From Lama guanicoe (taxonomy: Eukaryota): a DNA stretch of 55,294 nt. The DNA is taken from the NCBI GenBank assembly GCA_013239625.1, contig MU053365.1, positions 1,031,566-1,086,859 of the forward strand, read 5' to 3'. Each line of letters begins with the position of its first letter. Position 1 is the stretch's first letter. The notes under the pieces were generated by a model that worked only from the letters and a program-made list of their open reading frames with translations, ran no database searches and was not told the origin of the DNA. Below, piece after piece: positions 36,726-48,762 of this stretch. The position numbers and the translations under genes are program-made.

Positions 36726-37954
36726 TAGTTTTTCCTAGATGTGATTAGACAATTCTTCAGCTCTTGTCAGAAGGAGTAACCAAATAAGGTCATTCATTCA
36801 TTGCTCATAACTCTTTTACAGCAAACATATAATTGTGAGGTCTTGGGTAAGTTGTATCTGGATTCAAACCCTGATCTCATCCCCTAAGGTATTCTTAAGA
36901 AAGTACAGCCTTGGCTGAGTAGCTGGAGGTCACAGACTCAGCAAGACTATCAACAACCTTTATCACTTTATTGAGAATCTGAAGTCCAGCTATTATTTAT
37001 AGATGCTGCTTAGGAACTATCTCAATATGACAATAGACTTATATACATAAATCATGTTCCACAGCATTCTTTGGTTCTGGGAAGACCTTCAAAATAGTGT
37101 CACATTTGGAAGCACAGCTCCATTCCTAGCATTAAGGGATAGTTACCCCTTGGATTTTTTTGACTGCTAGTACCACTTTTTTATTAAATATACACTCAAC
37201 CACAATCAGAACCCAAACCATATAGGTGGTATTTTCATTTAGTTCCACAAGAAAGCCACACCGATCTCATTTGTCAATGATCTACTAAACAAAAACAAAA
37301 GGTTTCATATTGGTGCCTTTTCCTATAAGACAAAATCCCTATATATGCTGAAAACAACTTTAGAATACTTTCAACTATGAAGGCTTCGCTGTCAACTTGT
37401 ATTACAAAAAGGAGATTCAGGTTTTCAATTACAGCAGTGCTCCAGGCTCCCACACCATCACACAATTGTTTAGTTTTAACACCTATCCTGTCAGAATGAT
37501 TCTTTACCAGCTTCACTTAACTCCCCCCAGCAGTTCCTCACCTACCTCAAGACTGAAGTCAATTTAGTGATGCTCCTCCTTACTTTTCAGCTATGAACAA
37601 AACTGTCACAGCCAAGTAACTGTCACATCCACAAAGCCTTGCCCATAGATGTTTGTGGAGAATGAGGGTAATGATGATTTTTGTATTCCTAATTACATGC
37701 AGAGTAATGTAAACAAAAAGATCTAGCCATTGTTTGGTTTTTCTTCCACTGTCAGGACCAAAGGAGACAGTATAAGCTTCCATGCTTTCTCCACATAAAT
37801 TGGTCTCCACATTTACCATTCAAGAGGTTCATTTCCCCGCCAACAAAAAAGGATTTCCTCCTAGATGAAACACAAAACTGGAACCACAAACATAAGAGAC
37901 CTTAAATAAGTCTTCTACCCTACTACTCTTCAAAGTTTAATGTGAAAAGAAATC

Positions 37955-38085
37955 ATCTGCTGAGCTTGTTAAAATGCAGATCGCTGATTCGGTAGGTCTA
38001 GGATGGAGCCGGAGATCCTGCATTGTAACAAACTCCCAGGTAGGGCCCATGTGGCTAGTCTGCAGATCAATGAGTAGGAAGGTAT
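37955..38085. mobile_element. MER5A fragment
   Basis: GAGCTTGTTAAAATGCAGAT...GTAGGTCTAGGATGGAGCCGGAGATCCTGCATTGTAACAAACTCCCAGGT. Confidence 0.8.
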
Positions 38086-38192
38086 CTACCCCATCCCCCA
38101 AATACCACTCTTTCCTGCAAAGAAGCCCATGTTCATCACCAATGATGATGTGACCTTTGACACCTTACTTCTTCTTTTTCCCCTGTTGGTGT

Positions 38193-38265
38193 CTTTTCTT
38201 CTTTCCTTCTTCCTTCCTTTCCTTCTTTCTTCCTTCCTTCCTTTCTCTTTGTTTGTTTGTTTGTT

Positions 38266-38309
<44 letters not shown>

Positions 38310-38320
38310 TCCTTCTTTCC
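38193..38320. repeat. Compound (TTCC)n(TTTG)n(TTTC)n microsatellite
   Basis: Direct reading. Confidence 0.95.
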
Positions 38321-39214
38321 TCTATGTATTGGCAGATTATTAATTTATTGTATACTATTTAACACATCTATTTATCTATTATTGCTTCTTGTTAATTATG
38401 TTCTCTGTGTTTTATGATACTGTTTTTACTGGAGGTCAACAAATGTCTATATCCCAAAGAAATTGTTTTCCCCCTTTGAGTCTATAGAATTTCATCCAGT
38501 CCCAAAATGCAGCTACTCAGAATCCAAAACACTGCCCAAGAGAACAATATTGTTAATCTTCAAGGCACTCAAAGGACTACAGCAAGAGCTTTCCCTGTCT
38601 TGTCTCTAGACCACATAATTCCAGAGGAAAAACTCAAAATCCTTCTCATTCTGACTAAGCCTTCTAAATAGTGAAAAGATTTTCTAGTCTAGTTTCAAGT
38701 TCACAGATTTTCTGTCTCCTTAATCCGTCAAAAATGTCCCCCTAAATTCCAGTATTTTGTCACCCAATGGCATTGCCTCTCACGTCTAGATGCATCACAA
38801 ACACTTTTTGCCACATGCTTTGAGGTTTGTTTCAGAACACTTTTAGGACTTAGGAGGACGTGAAAATTCTCAGCCAGGGAGCATCTTCTGTACTTGCATT
38901 CTCTTAAAAAGCCAGGGCTTCATGAACATTTCTGCAAAGACCCCTTTGAGGGAGGCATGATAGAAGTTCCTGCCTTAAGTTATTGGATTCACACTTAGGG
39001 GGACCTGTCTCCAGAATATATTGAATGAAACTCCTCCCACTTTCATCAAGACAGGGTTTCAAAAGGATTTTCAAAGAACGCCATCTTTCCCAACTCCTTT
39101 ATCTCATCATGAAAGAGTCTACAAGTCAGAGACAGTTATACTCCCATTATTACTCTCCAGATTATTGAAAGAAAAAGCCAATAACCTACTTGCCAAGCAG
39201 AGCCCACAGATGTT

Positions 39215-39595
39215 TGAATCAGTGAAAATCTGGGCTCCTATCATGGTGCTGTCACCTATCAGCAGCTTGAACTTACCTCACTGAGGCCTCACTCATTAAG
39301 TGTTGTGAGAGTTAAATGCGTGTGAAGGAATCACTGAGCCCAGCACCTGGCAGAGGGTCAGTGGTCAATAAGGTTAGCTACCTAGGTCAATAAGGTTACT
39401 AGTCTTCTCTGTATCTCTGTTTCTGTAGCTGAAAACAAGGATGGTAGGTAGTTCCACTAAATAAGATAAGATAGGAAGCCCCTACCTCCGTAGGATTATG
39501 CAGATTAAATGCCTTGAATTATGTATATCAAAATAATGTACTTTGAACATTGCCTGGTTCATACTAAGTACTAGATAAATGTTAACCATTTGCTA
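39215..39595 (+). mobile_element. Two MIR fragments
   Basis: AACTTACCTCACTGAGGCCTC...GCCCAGCACCTGGCAGAG; TCTCTGTATCTCTGTTTC...GATAAATGTTAACCATT. Confidence 0.6.
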
Positions 39596-39622
39596 TTCCA
39601 TTTTAAATACTGTTAATAATCA

Positions 39623-39682
39623 TGCTGTACACCAGAAACTGACCATTGTAACTGACTATACTTCAATAAAGAATAATTATGA
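39623..39682 (+). mobile_element. Ultra-short L1 tail insertion
   Basis: TGCTGTACACCAGAAACTGACCATTGTAACTGACTATACTTCAATAAA; TAATAATCA at 39614-39622 and 39683-39691. Confidence 0.8.
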
Positions 39683-39814
39683 TAATAATCACCAAGCCCC
39701 TTGAAAACATGGCACTGACTGCATCAAGCTCCAGTTTCCCATGGAGGAGTCTCTTGTGAGTATTTAAACCCAGTAGCTCTGGCTGGTTCTATCTGTAGGG
39801 AAGCATATACCCTA

Positions 39815-39985
39815 GTGTAGTGGCTCTCAATCCTTCTACTTCAGAAACACCTGAAAAATACAGCTGCTGGAGCCTCCCAACAGACCTACTAAGTCAGAAT
39901 TTTCAGAGTGGACCCAAAGCATCCTTATTTGTATTGAGAGACAGGTGATTCTGATACACACCACATTTTGAGGAGCACTGCCTTA
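39815..39985. mobile_element. MER5B-like fragment
   Basis: TAGTGGCTCTCAA...CAGACCTACTAAGTCAGAAT...CAGGTGATTCTGATACAC...TTTGAGGAGCACTGCCTTAGA. Confidence 0.7.
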
Positions 39986-40432
39986 GACAACCTCTCACAG
40001 GCCTTTTGTAAGTTCTGAAAGGCCATTATTCCACAATAAAATCCACCCTGAGTCACACTCACTCAATGGGAAAAGTAGTTCTGAGAATGAGTTAGAGGCA
40101 CAGGAAAGAGGTGATTAAGGTGTAGGGAAATACGTGCTACAATGAAAAAAGAAAACATCTGCAATTACTTAACTTGAAGCAAGAAAGCCTTAGTGGGGAA
40201 CTTAAAATCTTGAAGAAGTAAACAAAGGAGGACTACACGGAAATAAGAATGACTATCTTTGCTGGATGGAACAAGACAAATAAACCAAAATAGTCAGTTT
40301 AGAAATGCTACGAAAGTCAACCAGCAGACACTTATCCAATGAGTTAGGGGATCTGAAAAATCTTTTTATATGTAAGCTTATACTTATATAGCACTTACCT
40401 TTTGCCAGATACTGTCCTAAGCACCTTAAATA

Positions 40433-40994
40433 TTTTAACACCTTAATTGTGGTATGGCTCCTGTGCAGTAAACCACACATATTTCAGATGTACAGTTTGA
40501 TCAATTTTGATAGATGTATACACCCATGAAACCACCACCACAATCAAGACACCTAACATTTCCATCATTTCCCAAGAGGTGCAATTTTCAAATTCTCAAT
40601 TTATTCCTTCCCACCCTCTTTATCCCCTGGTAACCATAAGCTTGTTCTCTATGTCTGTGAGTCTGTTTCTATTTTGTAGATAAGTTCATTTGTGTCCTTT
40701 TTTTTTTTTAAGATTCCACATGTAAGTCATATCATATGGCATTTTTCCTTCTCTTTCTGGCTTACTTCACTTAGAATGACAATCTCCAGGTCCATCCATT
40801 TTGCTTCATATGGCATTATTTTATTCTTTTTTATGGCTGAGTAGTATTCCATTGTTTATGTATATCTATGTGTGTGTGTGTGTGTGTAACACACACACAT
40901 ACCACATCTTCTTTATCCAGTCATCTGTTGATGGACATCTGGGTTATTTCCATGTCTTGGCTATTGTAAATAGTGCTGCTATGAACATTGGGGT
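40433..40994 (-). mobile_element. L1 insertion (camelid-type body plus old L1M-type 3' end) inside a MIR, with 16-bp TSD
   Basis: TSD CTAAGCACCTTAAATA (40417-40432) / CTAAGCAACTTAAATA (40995-41010); flanking MIR halves at 40385-40432 and 41010-41215. Confidence 0.85.
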
Positions 40995-43126
40995 CTAAGC
41001 AACTTAAATACTGACTGTCCAATTTTTTTAGCAATCCAATGATGTAGGTGTCACCATTATCACCATCATCCTTATTGTTATAGATGAGGAAACTAAAGCA
41101 CATAGAAATTTAGTTACTTGTCAAATATCACCCAGATAAGAAATGTTGGAACCAAAATCTGAACCCAGATAGTGTCATGTTCGAGGCCATGCTCTTAAAC
41201 CACTATTTTATACTGCATCTCATCCAAATACATTTTTACAAAAGAAATAAAAAACAAAATGTCTCCAGGTTTCCTCCATGCCTTTATTAGCGTTGTCTGG
41301 GTTTATATTTCTGTCACATCAATATCACTTCAGAAGGTAGCTTAGAAACAGGATTTTGATATATTACATACTATTTATTTATAGGATATTGACAAACTTT
41401 TTTCTGTGCCTTGATTTCTATACCTGTAAAATGAGGTCAATCTTTTTAAGATGTTAAATATTCATGAGATAATGATGTGTAAGGCTGAATGGCATGTACA
41501 ACCCAAAAGATTTAGGGAGCATTCCATATGAGCTAGATACATGAATGTAATTCAGATCCTTATTTCTCCCCAGAGCGGTGCATTGCCAAATCATAATGAA
41601 GCTGTTTTGCTGCATTCACTTTTTGCATTAACTCTGGCAAATGTTACTACATGCATTATCTGTTTGATGTATATGGACTGCAAACTGATTGTAAATTAAT
41701 CATGGAAGTTCTTCTGACATTATCACCAACTGTCCCAATGGAGATTAAGTGGTTTGTAATGATGATTGCTCAGTAAATTGACTGATAGCAAGGTTAACTT
41801 ATCAACCTGGTCTATTATTAGTATAGCACACACTTTATAAAATCTGGATTGCTGGTAAAAGAACAAAAGAAACCACTCTGGTGACAGAAGAATGCATTGA
41901 AAAGTACTTGGACTGATAACTGTATCATGTTCTTGCCTTGCTCTTTCAGAATTTGAAAGCATTTAGACAGTAATTGGTAGGATGGGGGAAATAATGCTGT
42001 TAGGTAAGGACTTTTTTCCCTAAGAAATCTGTCAAAGAGTTCCTAGTGTTATAACGTCACCTAGTGTGCTCCAGGGAAAACAAGAGGTGAGTTGCTAAAG
42101 TGCCTGGATCATACTGGGCTATGCATTCTTAAGATGAGCTTGTAAATGTTGAAAGGGGGACAGGTCCCAGTGGACACTGTGATTCCCTCTCTTCTTTACT
42201 GTGTTATTTGTGGTGAAACAGAAAAATTGTGGTTGTCAATGTGCAAGCTTTTATTTTGCTGTCCTAAACCTATGCACTGAAGTGTACTTTAATTAATCAG
42301 AATAGTCAGTAAAAGATTCTTCTGGTTAACTGAACACTTGAGAATGCTCAGGTATATTCTGCTGCCAAGCATGTGAATTTTTTATACATATCCCAGATGA
42401 TTCTGAAAGGCAGTATAGTTTGTGAACCCCCACTGTATGACATACACCAATGGATCCTCAATTTTTGAAGAGTAAAAATAAAATATATATTACTGAATTA
42501 TACTGAATATAAATTCATTTTAACTTGATGATTTTCAGGATAAAATAAAATCTTGCCTTATCTCTGGTCGACCACTGTCTTTTCCTTATCTAGTGCTATG
42601 GGTAGAAAAGTAGGAAGAGGAAATGAATTCTCCACACTGAGCCCAGGAAAATCCCACAAAGTTGCTTGCTTACAAAGACCCCTGGTAGTTGCATTGCCAT
42701 TATCTGGCTGGACATCCTCCCCCTGGATGTCTTAGCAGTACCTCCTACCAGTACCTAGTCCCACCAGTACCTCCCATGTCAAAATCACCTCTCTCAAATC
42801 TGCTACTCCTACTGTGTTCCCTCCTTGGACTAATGAAAGGGAGGCAGTCTAAGTGAGGAGTATGGGAAGAGGGACCATTGAATACAAGTGGTGTAATAAT
42901 GGTCTGGAAACAGCCACAGAAAGTCAACAGAAGGGAAGCTGCTCCTTGAGACTCATTAGAGGCTGGGGGCATGGGGGCCTGTGCTCCACTCGAGAAGGTT
43001 GCCAAAAAGAAAAAAAAAGGTTTCCCTGAGAAATCCAACCTTCGATCAAGGCAAGGAGATGTTAGAGGTGGTTACAGAAAGTCTGAGATTGTAAGGAAAT
43101 TGGTTAACAATAAAAAGAGAGTTCCC

Positions 43127-43281
43127 TATGTTCAATATCTTGTAATAACATTTAATGAAAAAGAATATGAAAACGAATATATGTATGTATATACATGACT
43201 GGGACATCATGCTGTACACCAGAAAATGACACACTGTAACTGACAGTACTTCAATTTAAAAAAAAAGAAAAGAAAAAGAAG
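43127..43281 (+). mobile_element. Short camelid L1 3' end with A-rich tail and TSD
   Basis: TTCAATATCTTGTAATAAC...GCTGTACACCAGAAA; TSD AATAAAAAGAGAGTTCCC / AATAAAGGGAGTTCCC. Confidence 0.87.
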
Positions 43282-44454
43282 AATAAAGGGAGTTCCCAAA
43301 GACAAAGAGGAAGGGCTAAGAAGAAGGAAAGAAAGGAAAAGGTGGGCCAGGCTGGGACTATTGAAGAAAAGAGCTGACAGAAGAGGTTTGGGCTCCAAAA
43401 GGGGGTGGTGGACTCCTTGACTTTGAGGTCCCCAAGAACAAGACTGTCTCCTCTCCCAGAGTGTGCACAATACCCGCTGGTAGGTACCCATGGGAAGAGA
43501 TGAGCACAACCAGCTCTTGCTGGAAGGTATGAGCTGGCGCCAATGCACCGCTGGCATTCTTTAGTACTTCTTAGATTCACCGAGTGGCTTTAGGTCTGGA
43601 ATTGGAAGACAGGCAAGGGAGTGTATTTTCCTCTAATGAGTGCTCATTTGTAGGATTTATCATGTTCATCAAATGAAAGCAGATTCTGGCTCTGGATATG
43701 GTTCATGATAACTGACCTCAGAATAAATATGATTAGTGTCCCCCTCCTCTATTCGCTTACTTTTCTCATACATTTTTTCTTCTTTCAAGAAGGGAATGGC
43801 AGGGACCCTACAAAGTGCAGTGCCTTGTTCATGTGCCTTCTGTGTTTTTATCCTTGGCTACTGATGAATGGGGCATAGATGCCATCCTCAATTTTTGCCT
43901 TCATATCAACTGGAATTTAATTTTTCAGTTTTTCCTAGCCTGAGTTGTCTAGTGTTAAAATGACCATTTTGCTAGTCTGTACAGCTACATGTTACAATGG
44001 TTTTGGTGATTCTAGTTCAGGTTAGCTGACACCACAGATCAGATGTGTTAGAAGCCAAGACCAGAAGAGTAAGCAAAGGAAGGAGACTGGCATTGGGCTA
44101 GCGCCAGCCATCAGGGACAGCCTGGGAACCCAGGCTTCTGGAAGCATAAAGCCAGGCAGAAGTCTTATTCACCAAGAGATCGAGAAACATCCAGCAGAAA
44201 GAATGTAACCGGACAAGAAGTCAAAGGCCTTCTGAGGCAGGGGGAATTTATACCCTTTCTGCCCTGCTACCTGAGGCAGATGAGCCCGGGTCAGTGCAAC
44301 ACCAGTGAGGCGACAAGGAATGTTTGTACATCTGTTAACAGAGACTACAAAAGAGCGTTCCTTTGCCTCTCTCTGCACTCCACTTGCAGCTTCTTGTCCA
44401 CTCGTCTCAGTAGACTGTGTAAAACATTTTCTCTGTTTTTATAGAGCAAATACC

Positions 44455-45725
44455 CTGATAAGAGGATGAAAAACAAAACTACAAACTGGGGGGAAATATT
44501 TCCAAACCCTGTATCTGAAAAAAGTTAACCACTTGAGTACCAGAGTCCCCTGAACCCTGCACCCCGTCTCCACCAGTGGTGACATTTTATACAACTAACT
44601 GTACTATAGTATCAAAATCAGAAACTGACAGCAGTACAACACTGTTAACTAGACTACAGATCTTAAACAGAATATATAAATACTATCAAAATTCAACAGT
44701 AAAAAAACCCAATCCAATGAGAAGTTGTGCAAAAGACATGAACAGACATTTCACCAAAGAGAAGCTATGGGTAGTAAATAAACACATGGGAAAATGTGCA
44801 AGATTAGCCAGTAGGGAAATGGACATTAAGGTATCACTACCTACCTATTAGAATGGCTAAAATTAAAAAAAGCAGTGACAACACCAAAAGTGGTCAGAAC
44901 ATGAACATGAAGAAACTGAATCACTCAGACATTGCTGGTAGGAATGCAAAATGGTGCAGCCATCCAAAAAAAGAGTATGGCAGTTACTTATAAACTGTCT
45001 GTTTACCATAGAATCCAACAATTGTACTCTTGGGCATTTATCTCAGAGAAATGAAAACTTACATCTACTAAAAAACCTACACATGAATATTCATGAAGCT
45101 TTATTCATAGCAGTAGAAAACTGGAAGCAACTGAAATGTCCCTGGTACAAACTCTGTTACATACCATAATGGAATACTACTCAGTAATAAAAAGGAATGA
45201 AATATTGATACATGCATTAACTTGAATGGATCTCAAGTGCATCATTCTGAATGGAAAAAAAAGCCAATTTCAAAAGGTTACATACTGCATGCTTGCATTT
45301 ATATAACATACTTGAAATGACAAAACCATAAAGATGGAAAAGAGATTAATGGTTGCCAGGGGACAGGAACTGAAGCAGGAGATGAGCGTGACTTTAGAGG
45401 GGAAGCACAAGGGAGCTCCTTTGCAGTGACAGAACACGTCCATATCCTCACTATGGTGGTGATTACACAAATCTATATATGAATCAAATGGCCTAGAGCT
45501 ACACACACACAGACAAACAGACACACACACACACACTAGTACACATTAAATGCTGGTGAGATCTAAATAAGATCTGTAGTCTAGTTAACAGTATTGTCCC
45601 AATGTACATCAATTTCTTGGCTTTGATACTGTCACCATTGAGAGGCTTGGTGAAGAGCTCAAGGGACTCATACTACTTTAAAACTTCTTATGAGTCTATA
45701 ATTTTTTTAAAAAGAATTGAAAATA
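44455..45725 (+). mobile_element. Old L1MC/L1MD 3' region with an inverted L1 fragment (about 44530-44660) and (CA)n at 45501-45536
   Basis: AAAAGACATGAACAGACATTTCACCAAAGA, ATGGAATACTACTCAGTAATAAAAAGGAATGAA, TAGTCTAGTTAACAGTATTGT. Confidence 0.85.
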
Positions 45726-45884
45726 AAAGAAATGCTCGCTAGAAGAGAAACCACAGCAGGCTGGTTTGTTCACTGCCATGAAGGGTAAATTGTTGCAACA
45801 ATTAGGCTACATATATATATGATATATACATATATATATATGTCAAGATTCTTATTCCTACTCTCTAATCTTTACAAGTTAATC

Positions 45885-47900
45885 AGATATTTATTCAAAA
45901 TACATGTACAAGGATGTTCACAGCACAATACCACGAGAGAGAAACAACTTGACTATTCAACAGCAGAGTTAAGGCCAAGTAAGTGAAGATTTATCCATAG
46001 GATGGATCATCATGCAGCCATTAAAAACCGTTATTTCAAAGAATATTTGGCACATATGGAAATGCCACGTAATAATATAGATGTACCACCATAGGTACAC
46101 TGAAATGTCAATTTAAAAAAATAATGAATAAAATTCTAGGGAAAAATATAATATTCAAAGGAGCTAACTCTAGGTGGTTGGATTTTATGTAATTCTTATT
46201 TTAGATTTAACTAAAATTTCCAATATTATACAATGACATATTACTTTGCAAGAAAACAAAGTATGTGTTTGTATGTGTATATGTGTGTGTTTATACGTAT
46301 TAAACTAGTTTAGTACTTCCCATACTTTTATGTGTTCTTGCTAAAGTGCAGATTCTGATTCAGCAGGTCTGGAGCGGAGCCTGAGATTCTGCATTTCTAA
46401 TAAACTCCCACACTGTGCTGATATTGCAGGTCCATTGTGGGGGGCAGGGGTCTAGCTTAGCCTAATTCCAAATGATTACCAAACAGTTCTTCTGAATAGA
46501 AAATGTGTTGTTCCACTGACAATCATTTTTACTGAGGTACATTGCAGAAAACTTGTACCATGAAGGCATTGTCACAGACTTGTACCCATACCAGATTCTG
46601 ATGCATCAGCTCACACAAACATCAAAGCAAAGGTCAGAAAACTCAGATTCTCAAAAGTGACAAAAAAATCTAGGGCCTATTTCAACCAACCAAAGGTGTC
46701 CATTCAATAAATTGTGTCAGGAATGTGTGCAGTGATTCATATGGGAGAGCTCCAACAGCATTCCAAAACAAATTCCAAATGGATTAAATAAAGAAAAGAA
46801 AGATAACAATGTTAAGTTTTTAATATATATATATATAATATAAAATATAGATAGGCATCATCAGATAGAATGAAAAAGAAATTCCCATGGGTAAATTCAG
46901 CAGAAGAATAATAGCTAACATTGAACACATCATGTGCAGAGACTATGCTAAATTTTTGTATGAATTATCTCATTTAATCTTTCACATCAAAGCTATAAAG
47001 TAGAGACTATTTTCCCCATGTTCTGGATGAGTACATTCTTTCTAGCCCTCACAAAATGATAATTTACTTATCATTATCCACATTTTACAGGGAATGAAAC
47101 CAAGTCATAGAAATATTAGGTAACTAGTTGACCAGGGTCACCCAGCTAACAGTTGGCAGAGTTGAGTTTCCAATTCAAAGTTACACTCTTTGATACACTG
47201 CCTCTTTGAGAGAAAGAGCCATCCATTGGCTGAATACATATCTTATACTCCTGCATGCTCAAGATCATAAACAAAATTAAAATGCAAATAACAAACTATG
47301 GAAATGATTAATAACAAAGCAGCAAAAGGTAATTATCCTTAATATACAAAGAGCTAATACAAATTGAAAAGAAAAATTCTATGGCCCTAATGGAAAGAGA
47401 TATCAAGGTCAGGTACAGCAATTCACAAAAGAGAAAACGTGTGTGTACTGGTGTGTGTACACGTGGAAGTGTGCATGAAATATACATAATAAGACCAGAG
47501 GGAAAGGGCCAAAGCATTAACAAGTATCTCTTAATCATGAAACTATTAAATTACTTATTTATGACTTTATACTTTTCGTGTTTTTCACATTGTCTACAAT
47601 GTGTATATATTATTTCTATGATCTGAGAGAAATGAAAACTAGTCATGTTGGCTCCAAATAAACTTGGTCTCACTCTATTTGCTAGTATTGTGCTCCATTT
47701 TCCTCTGGAAGTTCACATTTGCATTTGACAGATTTCTCTAGGACAACATTCATTCATCCATTTGTTCATTCATTCATTTCTCCAGCTAGTATATTTATTG
47801 AGCACATACTAGAGGGTAGCTAGGCCATAAATAAGTAAAATATGCAGATATGAGCTTTGCATTCAAAAAGCTGCATTAGAAGACAGACTTTAGCAAATTA
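45885..47900. mobile_element. Mosaic of L1ME fragments, MER5A (46345-46455), MIR (46910-47200) and L2 (47745-47900)
   Basis: CAAGGATGTTCACAGCA; GCAGATTCTGATTCAGCAGGTCTGG; AATAATAGCTAACATTGA; CATTCATTCATTCAT...ATATTTATTGAGCAC. Confidence 0.7.
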
Positions 47901-48104
47901 CATGGTTAATTAATCATTAATGATGCCTAAGATCTCCTAAGCTATTACAGAGGGTTCTCTTTACTCTAATTATTCCTTTCATCTCTATATAGGCTATGTC
48001 AAATGATCCCAATCCACTGAATAATCTATCTACCAGGCTTTAGTAAGAGGGTGATGTCTTATGGAACGAAAGAGCAAGACATTTAATACAGACACTGTCT
48101 CCAA

Positions 48105-48510
48105 TTAAATTTTAATTGAAAATTTTATTGAGATAATTGTAGATTCACATGCTGTTGTAATAAATAACACAGAGAGATGCCATGTACCTTTTGCCCAGTT
48201 CCCCCGATGGAAATGTTTTGCAAAACTGTAGTACAATATCACAACCACAATATTGATAGTGATACAGTCTACCTATTTTATTCAGGTTTCCTCAGTTTTA
48301 CTTGTATTCATTTGTGTGTGCACACATGTGCATGTGTGCATATAAGTCTTTAGTTCCATGTAATTTTATCACTTTGTAGGTTCACCCCCACCACAGTCAT
48401 GATAAAGAATAGTTCCATCACCACAAGGATCTTTTGTGTTGTTCATTTATAATCATACCCACCTTCCTCCTCCATCCCTAAGCCCTAGCAGCCACTGATC
48501 TGTTCTCCAA
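48105..48510 (-). mobile_element. L1MC-type 3' end
   Basis: TTTTATTGAGATAATTGTAGATTCACATGCTGTTGTAATAAATAACACAGAGAGAT. Confidence 0.85.
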
Positions 48511-48762
48511 GATATATAAGTGGGAAAAGATATGAAGAGGTATTTCAGATAAGAAGATATAAAGATAACAAACACATCAGGGAAATACAAATTAAATCCA
48601 CAATGAGATGTCACTACACACCTATCAGAATAGCTAAAATTTTTACAAGGTGACAATACCAAATGGTAGCAAGGATATGGAGAAACTGGATCACTGATGC
48701 ATTGATGGTGCATGAATGTAATATGATACAGCCATACTGGAATAGAACATTGGTAGTTTCTT

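Noticed and set aside
42736..42772. CAGTACCT x3 short spaced repeat, CRISPR-like
   Set aside because: Too short and too few, eukaryotic context; ordinary slippage
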